DNA of 64,000 bases from Candidatus Hydrogenedentota bacterium (GTDB lineage: Bacteria; Hydrogenedentota; Hydrogenedentia; Hydrogenedentales; CAITNO01), in NCBI GenBank assembly GCA_012523015.1, contig JAAYJI010000005.1, positions 871 to 64,870 of the forward strand. Direction: 5' to 3'. The notes beneath the pieces were generated by a model. The model was not told the origin of the DNA, did no database searches, and was given only the letters and a program-made list of their open reading frames with translations. Position numbers and translations under genes: made by a program. Shown here one piece after another: positions 42,601-52,865 of the stretch (within the stretch, counting starts at the first letter, position 1; each line of letters begins with the position of its first letter).

Positions 42601-44479
42601 TGAGGTGAGCAAAGCCATGGATACGTACCAGCGTGCACTGGATTATTTCCCCGACAGTGAAAGGCTGGCGCTGGGACGGGCGAAGGCTTTTTCTTTGGGA
42701 AACGAATTTGAACCGGCTATGGAGCTTTTAAAAAGCTTGATCAATGGCTCTATGGCAGAGGAAACCGTTGCGTGGATGGATCAGATGCTGAGCCGCCCCG
42801 ATAAAGACGCTCTCTCTTATTGGCAAGAGCTGGGAAAAGAATTTCCTGAGAATAAAGCCATTCACGATTTGATTCTTCGCAAACAAGAGGTCCAAGGGCG
42901 GGCTGCTTTTGAATCGGGAGAGTATTCGGCTGCTCTCGACATTCTGAAAACAATGGATTCCACTGAGGACATCGGTGCGAGTCTTCCCATCTTGATAGCT
43001 CTATCAGAGATCGCAACGGGAGCAGAAGCCAACGACGCACAAAAGATTTTGACTCAAATTGAGGCACGGCCCGAACTGAAGGATGATGCGATTGGGTGGA
43101 TCCTCATGGTCTTGGATCAGCTTCACGACGAAGGACGGACGAATGCCATGGAGCGGCTGGGACAAGTGACCGTCGCCCTAGCTCCCGAAAAAGAGCGAGG
43201 CTGGCGCCTTCGGATTCTTGCCCATCTTGAACAGCGCGAGACCGAGCGCGCTTTGGCCTTGTGTGAAGAGGCGCTGTCCAACGTGGAAGACTTGAGCGAA
43301 ATTCTTCCGCTCGTGCAGCGCAGTTGTGATAAACCGGAACGGCTGTTGCAGATATGGCAGGACTTGGATCGTAAACGTCCCGCACATCCGCTCATACGAC
43401 GTTATCTTGCCCGTGCCTATGAAGCCAATAACCGCTATGTAGAGGCGGCCGAACTATATAAAAACTTGAGCGAATCCGAAAACTTTCCCCGTGATCTTGT
43501 TTTTAATCAAGGCTGCGCATTGATCGGAGCGGGGAACTGGGGGCATGGCGTGGCGCTGGTACGGAAGTCTTTGGACGCAAGTTCTCCTTACGCGCCTGTC
43601 ATGGTTGAACAATTAATGGCGCTGGGTGAAGGCTTTCTCAAAGAAGAAAAACCGTCCAGAGCGGAGTTGATGTATTCCTTTGCCTCTGCGATGGCGCCCG
43701 ACTCAAGCTTCGTCTTATTGCGTTTAGGTCAGACGCAATTGGCTTGGGGAAAGACGGAACGTGCTGTTAAAAGCTGGGTTCAGGCGATCCGGGTCGAAGC
43801 CGATAGTGGCGCCGCCGCACAAGCCGCGCATTTCTTGTTCCACCATCTTCCCGAGGAGATGCAATTGGAGACATGGTTATCTTTAACCGAAGACGGGGAA
43901 GAGGAATCACCCTTGCCTTATGCCTATAGCGTATTGGCATGGGTAAAAGCAGGCGATATAAGCGAAGCACAGCGCTTAGCCGACAAGCTGTCCGCAATGC
44001 ATCCGCAATCGTCGGAAGCCCTTTGGATTACGGGTGTATTGGCTTGCCTTGCGGGAAATGAGGACTTGGGTATTGACCAAATTCGTACGGCGGCAAAAGA
44101 ACGCCCGGAACTTGTCGACGACAGCGCTCGCTTCCTAGCAGATGTGGCACTTCAAAATAAGGATAACGAAGGGCTCGTACAGGCGGAGCGTTTATTGAGG
44201 ACAGCGCAAAAGCTGGAACCGGAAAACTTGTCTCATTTCATGCATTTGGGAGAGGTCTTGCTCCGCGCAGGTGTTATTGATGAAGCGATCGAGCAATTCA
44301 CCCGTCTGCTAATGCGTGAACCGGAATCTCTTAAAACAGCGGAGCTTTTAGATGCCGCCTATACGGCAAAAAATGATCCGGAAGCACGTTTGCAAGGATG
44401 GCAGGCAATTAGTAACGTCCATCCCACTGCGCATTTGCCACGACAACGCCTCGAAAAACTCGAGAAAGGGCCGCGGTGA
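39676..44479 (+). CDS. Giant membrane protein (about 1600 aa): N-terminal polytopic (about 12 TM) domain of unknown family, possibly GT-C-like, plus a C-terminal TPR-like helical repeat array; third paralog of the 9700 and 14107 proteins.
   Basis: Long hydrophobic N-terminal region (aa 20 to about 520) with multiple predicted TM helices, then about 1000 aa of A/L/E-rich repeats with TPR-like periodicity. Start placed at the GTG at 39676, which has an AAAGGAA RBS; the track ORF starts at a TTG at 39659. Confidence 0.6.
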
Positions 44480-44523
44480 TTCGAAGACATTATCCTTCAA
44501 GGATGGTCTGTAAGTCTCTGTTG

Positions 44524-46371
44524 TTATTCTAAGGCGTCATGGATTATTTGCGCCAAGTTTCTGCTAATCGAAGGAACAGCGGCGAGTTGTTCCACAGAGG
44601 CTTTTTTGATTTCAGCGACCGAGCCGAAGGCACTCAACAATTGTCTTGCTCGTTTTGAGCCTATCCCGGGGATGGTAGTCAAAACACTGGTGAGTCTTGT
44701 TTTCGAACGTTTCTTTCGGTGATAAGTAATGGCGAAACGATGCGCCTCGTTTCTGACGATACTCAAAAGCCGAACGACCGAGCTATTCTGTTTCGGTATG
44801 ATCGGATTGCTTCGACCCGGTATGAAAAAGCGTTCAAAGGATGCGCTGTTATTTTTCCCGCTGCGCGCCTCGGCAATAGAGACGCACGCGAGCCTATCAA
44901 AACCAAGATCCTTAAGAATGGTATGGGCAACATTTAGCTGTCCCTTCCCGCCGTCAATGAGCACAAGGTCAGGCAGATCTTCCTGTCGTGAAATTTTACT
45001 ATAGCGTCTAAAGATTACTTCTCGCATCGATGCGTAATCATCTTGCCCTTCAATGGAGCGAATCATATAATGCCGGTAACAACTCTTTACCGGAACACCG
45101 CGCTCAAAAACGACCATGGCCGCCACGGTTGTATCGCCTTGGATGGTTGAGATATCGAAACATTCAATCCGATTGGGCAATACGGGTAAATGGAGCGTCT
45201 GTTGAATTTCTTCGAGGGTATTTTGAATCGCTTTTTCATGCCCCTTCCGTTCAATAAAGGCCTGACGGGCATTATCCGACGCTAATTCCACCAATCCGAT
45301 AAGGACGCCTTGTTTCGGTACACGCAAGGTGGTTGGAGCACCGCGCTGTTCACTGATGATTTCTGCGAGGATACTGCGTTCTTCCAAGTCGATGGGCACG
45401 AGAATTTCAGATGGGATAAAGGGCGTAGATTCATAATATTGCAATAAAAAAGAACTCAGCAGCTCCGGTAAAGGCGCTTCAATGCGATCAAAAGCGAAAC
45501 TTTTGCCGCCAACCATGGCGTTGTTACGATAATAAAGAACGTGGAGCTGCAAATAGTTTCCTTCTGCGTGATAGCCAAAGACATCTCTGTCTCGGGCACG
45601 CCGACCGTGTACGACACTGCGTTGCGGTTCCATGGTAGTATGCAGATCACGGAGCCGATCCCGTACCACTGCCGCCTCTTCGAAACGGAGCGCATCAGAG
45701 AGGGTGTTCATCTCTTTTAATAATTGTTCTTGGAGATCGCCGCTGCGGCCTTCTAATATGAGTAGTGCTTGCTGCACCAATGCCGCGTAATCCTCCTTGC
45801 TAATCAATCCTACGCAGGGAGCGTGACATTGTTTTATCTGATAATAGATGCACGGTCGTGTTCGGTTTGCCAGCACGTGGTTGGAACACACACGGAGCGG
45901 CACCAGTTTTTGGAGGCGTTTTATCGTTTCTCTTGCCGCTCGTGTATCATGATAAGGACCAAAATAACGCGCTTTATCTTTTTTTCTGCGGCGCACTACG
46001 GTCAGGCGAGGAAAGTTTTCTGTAGGATCCAGACGCAGGCTCACATAGGTTTTATCATCTCGTAGGCGAACATTATACCGTGGTTTATGCGCTTTGATGA
46101 GGGTGTTTTCGAGGAGCAGCGCCTCTTTTTCGGAAGAGACTCGTATATACTCTATAGAGGCGACGCGGCGCATGAGAAATTTCACACTGTATCTGCTATC
46201 GCTCTCATTGATATAATTGCGGATACGCGCGCGCAGGTTTTTTGCCTTGCCGATGTACATGATTTTGGCTGCCTCATCACGCATGATGTAGCAGCCGGGA
46301 GTTGTGGGCGCTGCATCGGCATCTTTCTTCAGCGCGGAAGAAATAATGTTGTTGTCTTGTTTGTCTTTCAT
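44524..46371 (-). CDS. uvrC: Excinuclease ABC subunit C.
   Basis: GIY-YIG domain (GCYIMRDEAAKIMYIGKAKNLRARIRNY), Cys-rich region, UvrBC-interaction domain, RNase H-like endonuclease domain and C-terminal HhH2 (GIGSKRARQLL). Confidence 0.95.
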   Translation of the reverse strand: MKDKQDNNIISSALKKDADAAPTTPGCYIMRDEAAKIMYIGKAKNLRARIRNYINESDSRYSVKFLMRRVASIEYIRVSSEKEALLLENTLIKAHKPRYNVRLRDDKTYVSLRLDPTENFPRLTVVRRRKKDKARYFGPYHDTRAARETIKRLQKLVPLRVCSNHVLANRTRPCIYYQIKQCHAPCVGLISKEDYAALVQQALLILEGRSGDLQEQLLKEMNTLSDALRFEEAAVVRDRLRDLHTTMEPQRSVVHGRRARDRDVFGYHAEGNYLQLHVLYYRNNAMVGGKSFAFDRIEAPLPELLSSFLLQYYESTPFIPSEILVPIDLEERSILAEIISEQRGAPTTLRVPKQGVLIGLVELASDNARQAFIERKGHEKAIQNTLEEIQQTLHLPVLPNRIECFDISTIQGDTTVAAMVVFERGVPVKSCYRHYMIRSIEGQDDYASMREVIFRRYSKISRQEDLPDLVLIDGGKGQLNVAHTILKDLGFDRLACVSIAEARSGKNNSASFERFFIPGRSNPIIPKQNSSVVRLLSIVRNEAHRFAITYHRKKRSKTRLTSVLTTIPGIGSKRARQLLSAFGSVAEIKKASVEQLAAVPSISRNLAQIIHDALE

Positions 46372-46437
46372 TTTGTATACAATACGGTAATTACCATTGT
46401 GTCTAGTAATAATTTCAGCGGTGTGGAATCACTATAC

Positions 46438-47142
46438 ATGAAACAATCCCAGTCCATTCAACAAAAGGGCGAACCCTCGTCATTATTCTTGTCCACTTTG
46501 ATAGCACTCGGATTCTTCCTGCTCTTAGTCAGTTTATCTGTGTGGCTTGGCGCATGGTTTTTTTGGGGGGCGCCTTATGGTAAAACGTGGCAAATCATTT
46601 TTTACGCAAGCTTTCTGGGCAGAGCAGCCACCGTCGGTGTTGGACGTGAATTCGGTTTCTCGCCCACGTTTTTATTTCTTTTGACGTCGGTGTCTGAATT
46701 TACAGTCGTTTGCCTGGTGTTTCCTGTTTTTGTAAAAGGCTATAAACATTTAACGCGTATTCCATACATTGGCACTACGTTGGACAACTTACATACCGTT
46801 GCCTTAAATTATAAACCCGTTATAGCCCCCTATGGATTCCTGGGATTGATGATTTTTGTCTTATTTCCTTTTTGGAGTACCGGTCCATTAGTAGGTTCTA
46901 TTCTCGGATATATTATAGGCATGTCAGTAGGACTTACGCTCGTCGCAGTAAATTCGGGAAATATTATCGCCATCGCCGCTTGGGTCTGGTTTTATGAATA
47001 CGTGAATAAATGGAATTCTGATGTGGCGACCATGATCCTTGTCGCTGTATTGCTTGTGGCGTTGCTCGGCGTCTTTTGGGGAACTAAGCGTAAGCAAAGT
47101 GTTTCCACCCCCCAAGGCGGCACGCCTTTAGATAAACCCTAG
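46438..47142 (+). CDS. Integral membrane protein (about 235 aa, 6-7 TM), function unknown.
   Basis: Strongly hydrophobic ORF beginning MKQSQSIQQKGEPSSLF.... The longer track ORF (from 46087) overlaps the uvrC 5' end antisense, so the internal ATG is the more likely start. Confidence 0.5.
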   Translation: MKQSQSIQQKGEPSSLFLSTLIALGFFLLLVSLSVWLGAWFFWGAPYGKTWQIIFYASFLGRAATVGVGREFGFSPTFLFLLTSVSEFTVVCLVFPVFVKGYKHLTRIPYIGTTLDNLHTVALNYKPVIAPYGFLGLMIFVLFPFWSTGPLVGSILGYIIGMSVGLTLVAVNSGNIIAIAAWVWFYEYVNKWNSDVATMILVAVLLVALLGVFWGTKRKQSVSTPQGGTPLDKP

Positions 47143-47409
47143 GATGCTGCCGGCAAGGAATGGAAAAGACTCGTTAAAAAAAACGGAATGATTTTATCCG
47201 CAATGATTTGCGCAGGTAAGATCATTTCGTTATCATAGCAAGCGGGCGTGCTGTAGATATAAACGCTCTTCAATTTTGCTTTAATAGGGCATAATGATAA
47301 GAATTTTATGATGTTTTCTATTAGACAACGCAAGATAGTAAACAACGGTACCATCATCCCCCGTGTTGGGTGATTGAAATATTATAGCGATACGAGGAAA
47401 ACTATTTTC

Positions 47410-49125
47410 ATGAAAATTGAACTCCTGTTTTTATATCTGTGCGTTATTATCAGCGCCGTTGTTGCCCTATCTGAGCTCGTGCGCCCGGAAGCAGATTTCA
47501 GCGTGCAGCCTGCTTCAGGCGAAGCTCCCCTGCAAGTCGAATTCCAGAACAATTCTTATGGACGGATGCTGCCTATTACCCGATATTCCTGGGACTTTGG
47601 AGATGGTACACCAACCGAATCCGCAAAAGAACCCCGGCACACCTATACAAAAGCGGGTAAATATACGGTTAGCCTAACCGCATACAGCCTGTGGTTTAAA
47701 AAGGAAGTGAAAAAAGCTGAGGCCGTCACAGTTACCGCAAGAGATTCAGATGTCAGCCCTGACTTTATTGCCTTAACAAGAACCGGGGCTGCGCCGCTGA
47801 CGGTTCAGTTTGTTGACGTGTCTCGGAGTGGTCAACATCGTGTCCGGGGGGTTCTATGGGAATTTGGGGATGGCACAACTTCAGAAGTGCAAAATCCCAT
47901 TCATAGCTATGATGAACCGGGCTTATATTCCGTTTCTTTTGAACTCATATTGGACATAGGCCGATTTCGTGAAGTAAAGCGTGCCTATATTAAAGTTGAA
48001 GGAAATCAGACGGAAGGCGAAGGGGAAGCCGAAGCTGAGGGTGAAGGCGAAGAAATTATTGAGGGTGAGGGCGAAGAGATCGTTGAAGGCGAAGGGGAAG
48101 CCGAAGCTGAAGGTGAGGGCGAAGAGATCGTTGAAGGCGAAGGCGAAGAGATCACTGAAGGTGAAGGCGAAGAAATCGTTGAAGGTGAAGGCGAAGAAAT
48201 TATTGAGGGCGAAGGCGAAGAGATAACTGAAGGTGAAGGAGAAGAAATTGCTGAGGGCGAAGGCGAAGAGATAACTGAAGGTGAAGGCGAAGAGATCGTT
48301 GAGGGCGAGGGCGAAGAAATTATTGAAGGCGAGGGCGAAGATGTGCCTGTGGAACCGCAGTCTCCAACACTTCGTATGAAACACACCGTAGACACAGACT
48401 ATCAATATGAGGCCGGCGCAGAAATAGTCTTTACTGTTACCTTGGAATTTGAAGGCGAAATAGAGCTTAGTTCTTTGGTCGTGCAAGAGCAATTGCCGGG
48501 GTCATGGGTTTTTCAAGGGATCGTTGATGACGGCGGCTTAGCTGCGTCATCCGACATCGGATCAGAAGACTTGTTAGAATTTTCTTGGTCGTCACCCTTC
48601 ACCTTTCCTTTGACATTCAGCTATCGCCTTAAAGCTCCCGATGAGGAAGCAATTGTTTTATTCCCTCCCATAGCCGTGTACGAAGCGGAGGGGGAGCTTT
48701 TGAGTTCCAATGAGGTAGAAACACAACTGCGCAGCTATCAGACCATATTTGTACTTGATCGCGAGGTTGGTGCGTATACTCCCGGCGAAATAATAGAGAT
48801 CACCGTATTTTTTGAGGCGTTTGGAATTGAATCGCCGCTGGTCTTTGGATTAGTTGAGACGCTTCCCGAGGGCTGGTCTTTTGTTGAATGTGTCAATGGT
48901 CTGGGGACACTGCCCGATGTCTTACCCGATGAAGGTACTGAGGGAGACTTAGAATTCTCTTGGTTTACGCCGCCCGCCATACCGGGTTCAATGAAATATA
49001 AAGTATTGGTTCCGGAAAGCTTTGAGGGACCGGGAAAACTTTATGGATACGGCTTGTATCGTTTCACCGATTCTATGTTTCAAACTGCCGGTTTAGAAAG
49101 CCTGATCCCAAGAACAATACACTAA
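47410..49125 (+). CDS. Secreted repeat protein: signal peptide, two PKD domains, an acidic (EGEGEEIx)n tandem-repeat linker, and two copies of a roughly 100-aa C-terminal repeat domain.
   Basis: Start at [22 protein letters not shown] (GAGGAAAA RBS); two PKD motifs WDFGDGT...Y.V.L and WEFGDGTTS...Y..PG.Y.V; about 14 copies of EGEGEEI[IVTA]; C-terminal duplication (LPGSWVFQG...LEFSWSSP // LPEGWSFVE...LEFSWFTP). Confidence 0.7.
   Translation: MKIELLFLYLCVIISAVVALSELVRPEADFSVQPASGEAPLQVEFQNNSYGRMLPITRYSWDFGDGTPTESAKEPRHTYTKAGKYTVSLTAYSLWFKKEVKKAEAVTVTARDSDVSPDFIALTRTGAAPLTVQFVDVSRSGQHRVRGVLWEFGDGTTSEVQNPIHSYDEPGLYSVSFELILDIGRFREVKRAYIKVEGNQTEGEGEAEAEGEGEEIIEGEGEEIVEGEGEAEAEGEGEEIVEGEGEEITEGEGEEIVEGEGEEIIEGEGEEITEGEGEEIAEGEGEEITEGEGEEIVEGEGEEIIEGEGEDVPVEPQSPTLRMKHTVDTDYQYEAGAEIVFTVTLEFEGEIELSSLVVQEQLPGSWVFQGIVDDGGLAASSDIGSEDLLEFSWSSPFTFPLTFSYRLKAPDEEAIVLFPPIAVYEAEGELLSSNEVETQLRSYQTIFVLDREVGAYTPGEIIEITVFFEAFGIESPLVFGLVETLPEGWSFVECVNGLGTLPDVLPDEGTEGDLEFSWFTPPAIPGSMKYKVLVPESFEGPGKLYGYGLYRFTDSMFQTAGLESLIPRTIH
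48013..48342 (+). repeat. Near-perfect 24-bp tandem repeat array (about 13.7 copies) inside the 47410 CDS, encoding (E-G-E-G-E-E-I-x)n.
   Basis: Unit gaaggYgaRggcgaagaRatYRYt repeated head-to-tail with only wobble/third-position variation and occasional GCC GAA GCT (AEA) variants; ends at GAA GAT GTG CCT. Confidence 0.9.
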
Positions 49126-49305
49126 AATCTTGAGAGATCATTTGTTTTTGGCGCAAAGGTCGTAGCATTGGCAGCGATAAGTTGCACACAACTCCGTGTG
49201 TTCGGATAATTTAGATAGGATAATCATAGAGATTATGGTATCCTTTGCTCGATCCGGTGTGGACAAGATCGAAGCATAAAAACATACATTAAAAGGATAA
49301 AGAGG

Positions 49306-50622
49306 ATGAATAGTTTTAGACCGTTAGTTTTTATTCCGCTGATTATTCTTATTGCCGGAATACACGGATACACTGAGGAAGCTGTGCGTATTACCTCCGA
49401 TATCGGCATGGACAGCCGTGTGTTGGTAGCTGTGCCCAACTTCGCCGTATCTGATGCGCAATTTGTCAGTATTGCCGCGGAAATGACCCAAGCCGTCTCC
49501 GATGACCTTGAATTTTCCGGACTTTTTGTAGCCCTGCCGCCGGCACGATATCCCGCAGGATTCACCGGAATTGAAGCCAACGTCAGTGCCATCGATTTGC
49601 CCGCATGGCGCGCGACCCGTGCGGAAAATTTGGTACATGGCTACATTTATCAGGATGGCGATTCATTGGTAGCGCAATTTCGGCTCTTTGACCTCTATAG
49701 CAATACACAACTTTATGGTCAAGAAATCCGCGTCGACAGAAGCCATTATCGTTTGGCTTCCCACCGTTTCACAGAAGAGGTCATCCGTGTGGTCGACGGG
49801 GTGCCCGGTATCGGTACTTCAGAAATCGTTTTTGCAGGCATTTCCGGGCCCGGCGTCAAAGAAATTTATGTTGCAGATTATGATGGCGCAAATGTGCGGC
49901 GCCTAACCAATCACAATTCCCTGTCTATCATGCCGGAAATATCGCCGAACGGCTCAGATATCGTTTATCTCTCGTACAAAGACCGTTACAGTTTTCTTTA
50001 CGTGTTGAATCGCGCCACAGGCGCTACCCATCCCTTATCAAAAGAAGTGGGGCTCAACAGCGCCGCCATGTGGGCGCCGGATAATGAACGTTTAGCCATG
50101 ACCCTGAGTAAAGACGGGAACGCAGAAATATATTTGCGCAACAAAAACGGGTCCAATACGCTACGTCTAACCAACAATCGGGATGGCGACACGTCGCCTT
50201 GTTTTTCGCCTGATGGCGGCCGGATCGCATTCGTGAGTGACCGTGCCGGGCGGCCGCAAATTTATGTCATGAATGCTGACGGCTCGAACCAAAACCGCTT
50301 GTCCTTCCATGGCGGCTCCGCCTATGATCCGGTTTGGTCGCCTGATGGAAAGATGATTGCTTTTGTATCGTCTATTTCAGGCGAAGGTCTAGAAATTTAT
50401 GTGATGGGCGCCGATGGTTCGAATCCGCAGCGGCTTACAAACTCGCCCGGTATCAATGAAGCGCCTTGTTGGTCGCCCGATTCACGGCATATTGCCTTTA
50501 CTTCAAGCCGTCGGGGCCGTCCCGAATTGTGGGCTATTACCTTGAGCACCATGACGGAAAAAGCGGTCTCCCGCGTTGAGATGCCCGCAGAAGGACCCAG
50601 TTGGGGACCGCGCCGTAAATAA
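49306..50622 (+). CDS. tolB: Tol-Pal system beta-propeller protein TolB.
   Basis: Signal peptide, TolB N-terminal domain, and six-bladed propeller with recurring P.FSPDG..IAF.S.R.G...IYVM..DGSN..RLT motifs. Confidence 0.85.
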   Translation: MNSFRPLVFIPLIILIAGIHGYTEEAVRITSDIGMDSRVLVAVPNFAVSDAQFVSIAAEMTQAVSDDLEFSGLFVALPPARYPAGFTGIEANVSAIDLPAWRATRAENLVHGYIYQDGDSLVAQFRLFDLYSNTQLYGQEIRVDRSHYRLASHRFTEEVIRVVDGVPGIGTSEIVFAGISGPGVKEIYVADYDGANVRRLTNHNSLSIMPEISPNGSDIVYLSYKDRYSFLYVLNRATGATHPLSKEVGLNSAAMWAPDNERLAMTLSKDGNAEIYLRNKNGSNTLRLTNNRDGDTSPCFSPDGGRIAFVSDRAGRPQIYVMNADGSNQNRLSFHGGSAYDPVWSPDGKMIAFVSSISGEGLEIYVMGADGSNPQRLTNSPGINEAPCWSPDSRHIAFTSSRRGRPELWAITLSTMTEKAVSRVEMPAEGPSWGPRRK

Positions 50623-50682
50623 TAGAATAAATTGCGGTTCCTTCCGAATCCGTGTGTATTATCACTGTCACTAATTGTTGCC

Positions 50683-51600
50683 ATGAAAAAAAGTTCTTTC
50701 AAATGGATGTGCTGCCTGCTGTGCTTGGTTGCGAAACACTGTTTGTTCGCGACACAGGCCTATGGTGATCTCATTGTTTTGGAGAATAAGGAGACCTTGT
50801 CGGGAAGTTTTTCGCGGATTAAAAATAATACCCTCGTTTTTCGAACCTCCTTGGCTGGTCAGATGATGACGCCCTTGGAAAACGTGAAACAAATCTCGTC
50901 CACGGCGCCGTTATACGTAGAGATGGAGAACGGTCAGGTTTATTTCGGTCGATTAGCGGTTCGGCAGGACAGGCAAGTTATTGAGCCTCTAGATGGCGGC
51001 TCCGCTCACAACATTCAGATAACCGATATTAAAGAGACTTTACCTATACCCACCGTACCGGAGGGGATAAAGGAGGAAGACAAAGAAGCGTGGCTTACAG
51101 ATGCTCTTCCTGATATTCAAAAAAGTGACGGCTATCCTTCTCTCAGCGATAAAAACTTGCAATTTGATGCGTCGGGAAAATCAGGCCCGTGGGATGCTGA
51201 AGAACCTTATCCTGATAAAGGGGAAGGAGGGCACCGTCTCGTTTCGCCCACCAATCTGGGAGAGCCCATCGATAAATCCGAAACCCATCCCGGATTAAGC
51301 TTAAATTTTGAAGCGGGGCAAGACACGACCTCGCCTGCCACGAAAAAAATAGAAGCGCCTCTCATTGAAGGAGCCGAGCAGCAACGTCTGAAAACAGCCC
51401 ATAGAGAAGAGGTAACGACAGGAGCGCAAGAGCAACGGGAAGACAGCACCGCTCCGTTGACTTCACCCTTTGGGTATCAACTCCGTGTGCGTGCCTTTCC
51501 GCAACCTCAAAGCAGCGATGAAAAAAGTGGTGAATCCGCCAAGCCCAAGGCGTATCGGATGCCGCCTGCGCCGCCGCTGCGCCTGCGTTACAGGATGTGA
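50683..51600 (+). CDS. Secreted hypothetical protein with a Pro-rich, low-complexity C-terminus.
   Basis: Start at MKKSSFKWMCCLLCLVAKHCLFATQAYG (signal peptide); the C-terminal half is polar/Pro/Glu-rich without a recognisable domain (not an OmpA/Pal domain). Confidence 0.4.
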   Translation: MKKSSFKWMCCLLCLVAKHCLFATQAYGDLIVLENKETLSGSFSRIKNNTLVFRTSLAGQMMTPLENVKQISSTAPLYVEMENGQVYFGRLAVRQDRQVIEPLDGGSAHNIQITDIKETLPIPTVPEGIKEEDKEAWLTDALPDIQKSDGYPSLSDKNLQFDASGKSGPWDAEEPYPDKGEGGHRLVSPTNLGEPIDKSETHPGLSLNFEAGQDTTSPATKKIEAPLIEGAEQQRLKTAHREEVTTGAQEQREDSTAPLTSPFGYQLRVRAFPQPQSSDEKSGESAKPKAYRMPPAPPLRLRYRM

Positions 51601-52028
51601 GACTTCAGTAAAAAGAGGCTCCTTTTGATAAAATAGAAACGCACCGGTCCCAATACGGTATAATTTCGACAAAACCCGAATCCATGAAAATTTATCGGAT
51701 AAGTTTGGGTTCCTTCTTTTTTTAGAATTGTTCAGGAGTTGCAGGGGTTTTTTCGCCGGGATGCTATACCATAGCGTTCGGAAGGATGATGCCGGACTGA
51801 CTACAAAGCGGTCACGCCGGTTTTTTGTACCATGCGGGAACCGGGAAAGTGCCGCATTAATATAGACATAATAGACATTCATTTATAAAAAATTATCAAG
51901 GTTGTTCATTTAGGTATAATACAGTCTTTTATTGGAGCGACGGTTTGCCCACAATCGAAATCTGAAAGCAAAAGGGGGAGAGATAAGATTTTTGTGCGGT
52001 CCTTACCCGTCTTTATGGAGTTTGATAC

Positions 52029-52865
52029 ATGAAAAAAATGCTTGAAAAAACAGTGTCCCTGGCTTTGTCTGAAGACATCGGTCAGGAAGATTTAACGACC
52101 AACACCACCGTTTCCCCCGATCTGCGGTGCCGCGCCCGATTGATTTCAAAAGATACGGGCGTCCTCAGTGGGATGCGTCCTTTTCGTTGTGCCTTTGATC
52201 TCTTGGAAGCTGACGTTCAAGACTGGAGCGGCTTACAAGACGGCACTCCTTTCGGCAATGGTGATTTGCTCGCAGAGTTCACCGGAAATGCGCAGGCCGT
52301 GCTCACAGCCGAGCGGACAGCGTTGAATTTTGTGCAGCGCCTCTCCGGTGTTGCGTCGCTCACCGCCCAGTTTGTGAAGGAAGTTAAAGGACTTCCCTGT
52401 AAGATATGCGGAACGCGAAAAACGAGTCCCATGATCCGCCAGTTGGAAAAAGAAGCGATCGTTCACGGGGGCGGATCCAACCATCGCCATACGCTGTTTA
52501 ACGGCATTTTGATTAAAGAAAATCATGTGATGATGGCAGGCGGCATAACGGAAGCGGTGCGCCGCGCAACAGAAAGAACACACCATCTCATGCGTATTGC
52601 TGTTGAAGTGCGTACCTTGGATGAGTTTGACGAAGCACTGAAGGCCGCCGCCGGTGTTATTATGTTGGACAATATGAGTTTGGACGATATGAAAGAAGCG
52701 GTAAGCCGCGTTAAGGATCATCAGGTACTTCTTGAAGCCAGTGGCAATGCCACCCTTGATCGGGTCCGTGCCATGGCTGAAACAGGCGTCCAATTCGTAT
52801 CGGTCGGCGTTTTAACCCATTCTGCCCGGTCTATTGATATGACCTTGCTCATTGAGCACGCCTGA
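52029..52865 (+). CDS. nadC: Nicotinate-nucleotide pyrophosphorylase (quinolinate phosphoribosyltransferase).
   Basis: Conserved QPRTase blocks: LSEDIG..DLTT, TAERTALNF.QRLSGVA, GTRKT.P..R, KENH, IMLDNM, LEASGN. Confidence 0.9.
   Translation: MKKMLEKTVSLALSEDIGQEDLTTNTTVSPDLRCRARLISKDTGVLSGMRPFRCAFDLLEADVQDWSGLQDGTPFGNGDLLAEFTGNAQAVLTAERTALNFVQRLSGVASLTAQFVKEVKGLPCKICGTRKTSPMIRQLEKEAIVHGGGSNHRHTLFNGILIKENHVMMAGGITEAVRRATERTHHLMRIAVEVRTLDEFDEALKAAAGVIMLDNMSLDDMKEAVSRVKDHQVLLEASGNATLDRVRAMAETGVQFVSVGVLTHSARSIDMTLLIEHA

Noticed and set aside
46087-46437. Long N-terminal extension of the 46438 membrane protein ORF.
   Set aside because: It overlaps the 5' coding region of uvrC on the opposite strand. 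The hydrophobic domain begins right after the internal ATG (MKQSQS...).
47981-48395. Two track ORFs inside the 24-bp repeat array: a plus-strand [14 protein letters not shown]-type ORF and a minus-strand SPSPSxIS-type ORF.
   Set aside because: They are alternative-frame or antisense readings of the same tandem repeat that encodes (EGEGEEIx)n in the long, RBS-supported PKD protein frame. Periodic low-complexity translation in every frame is expected from a 24-bp repeat.
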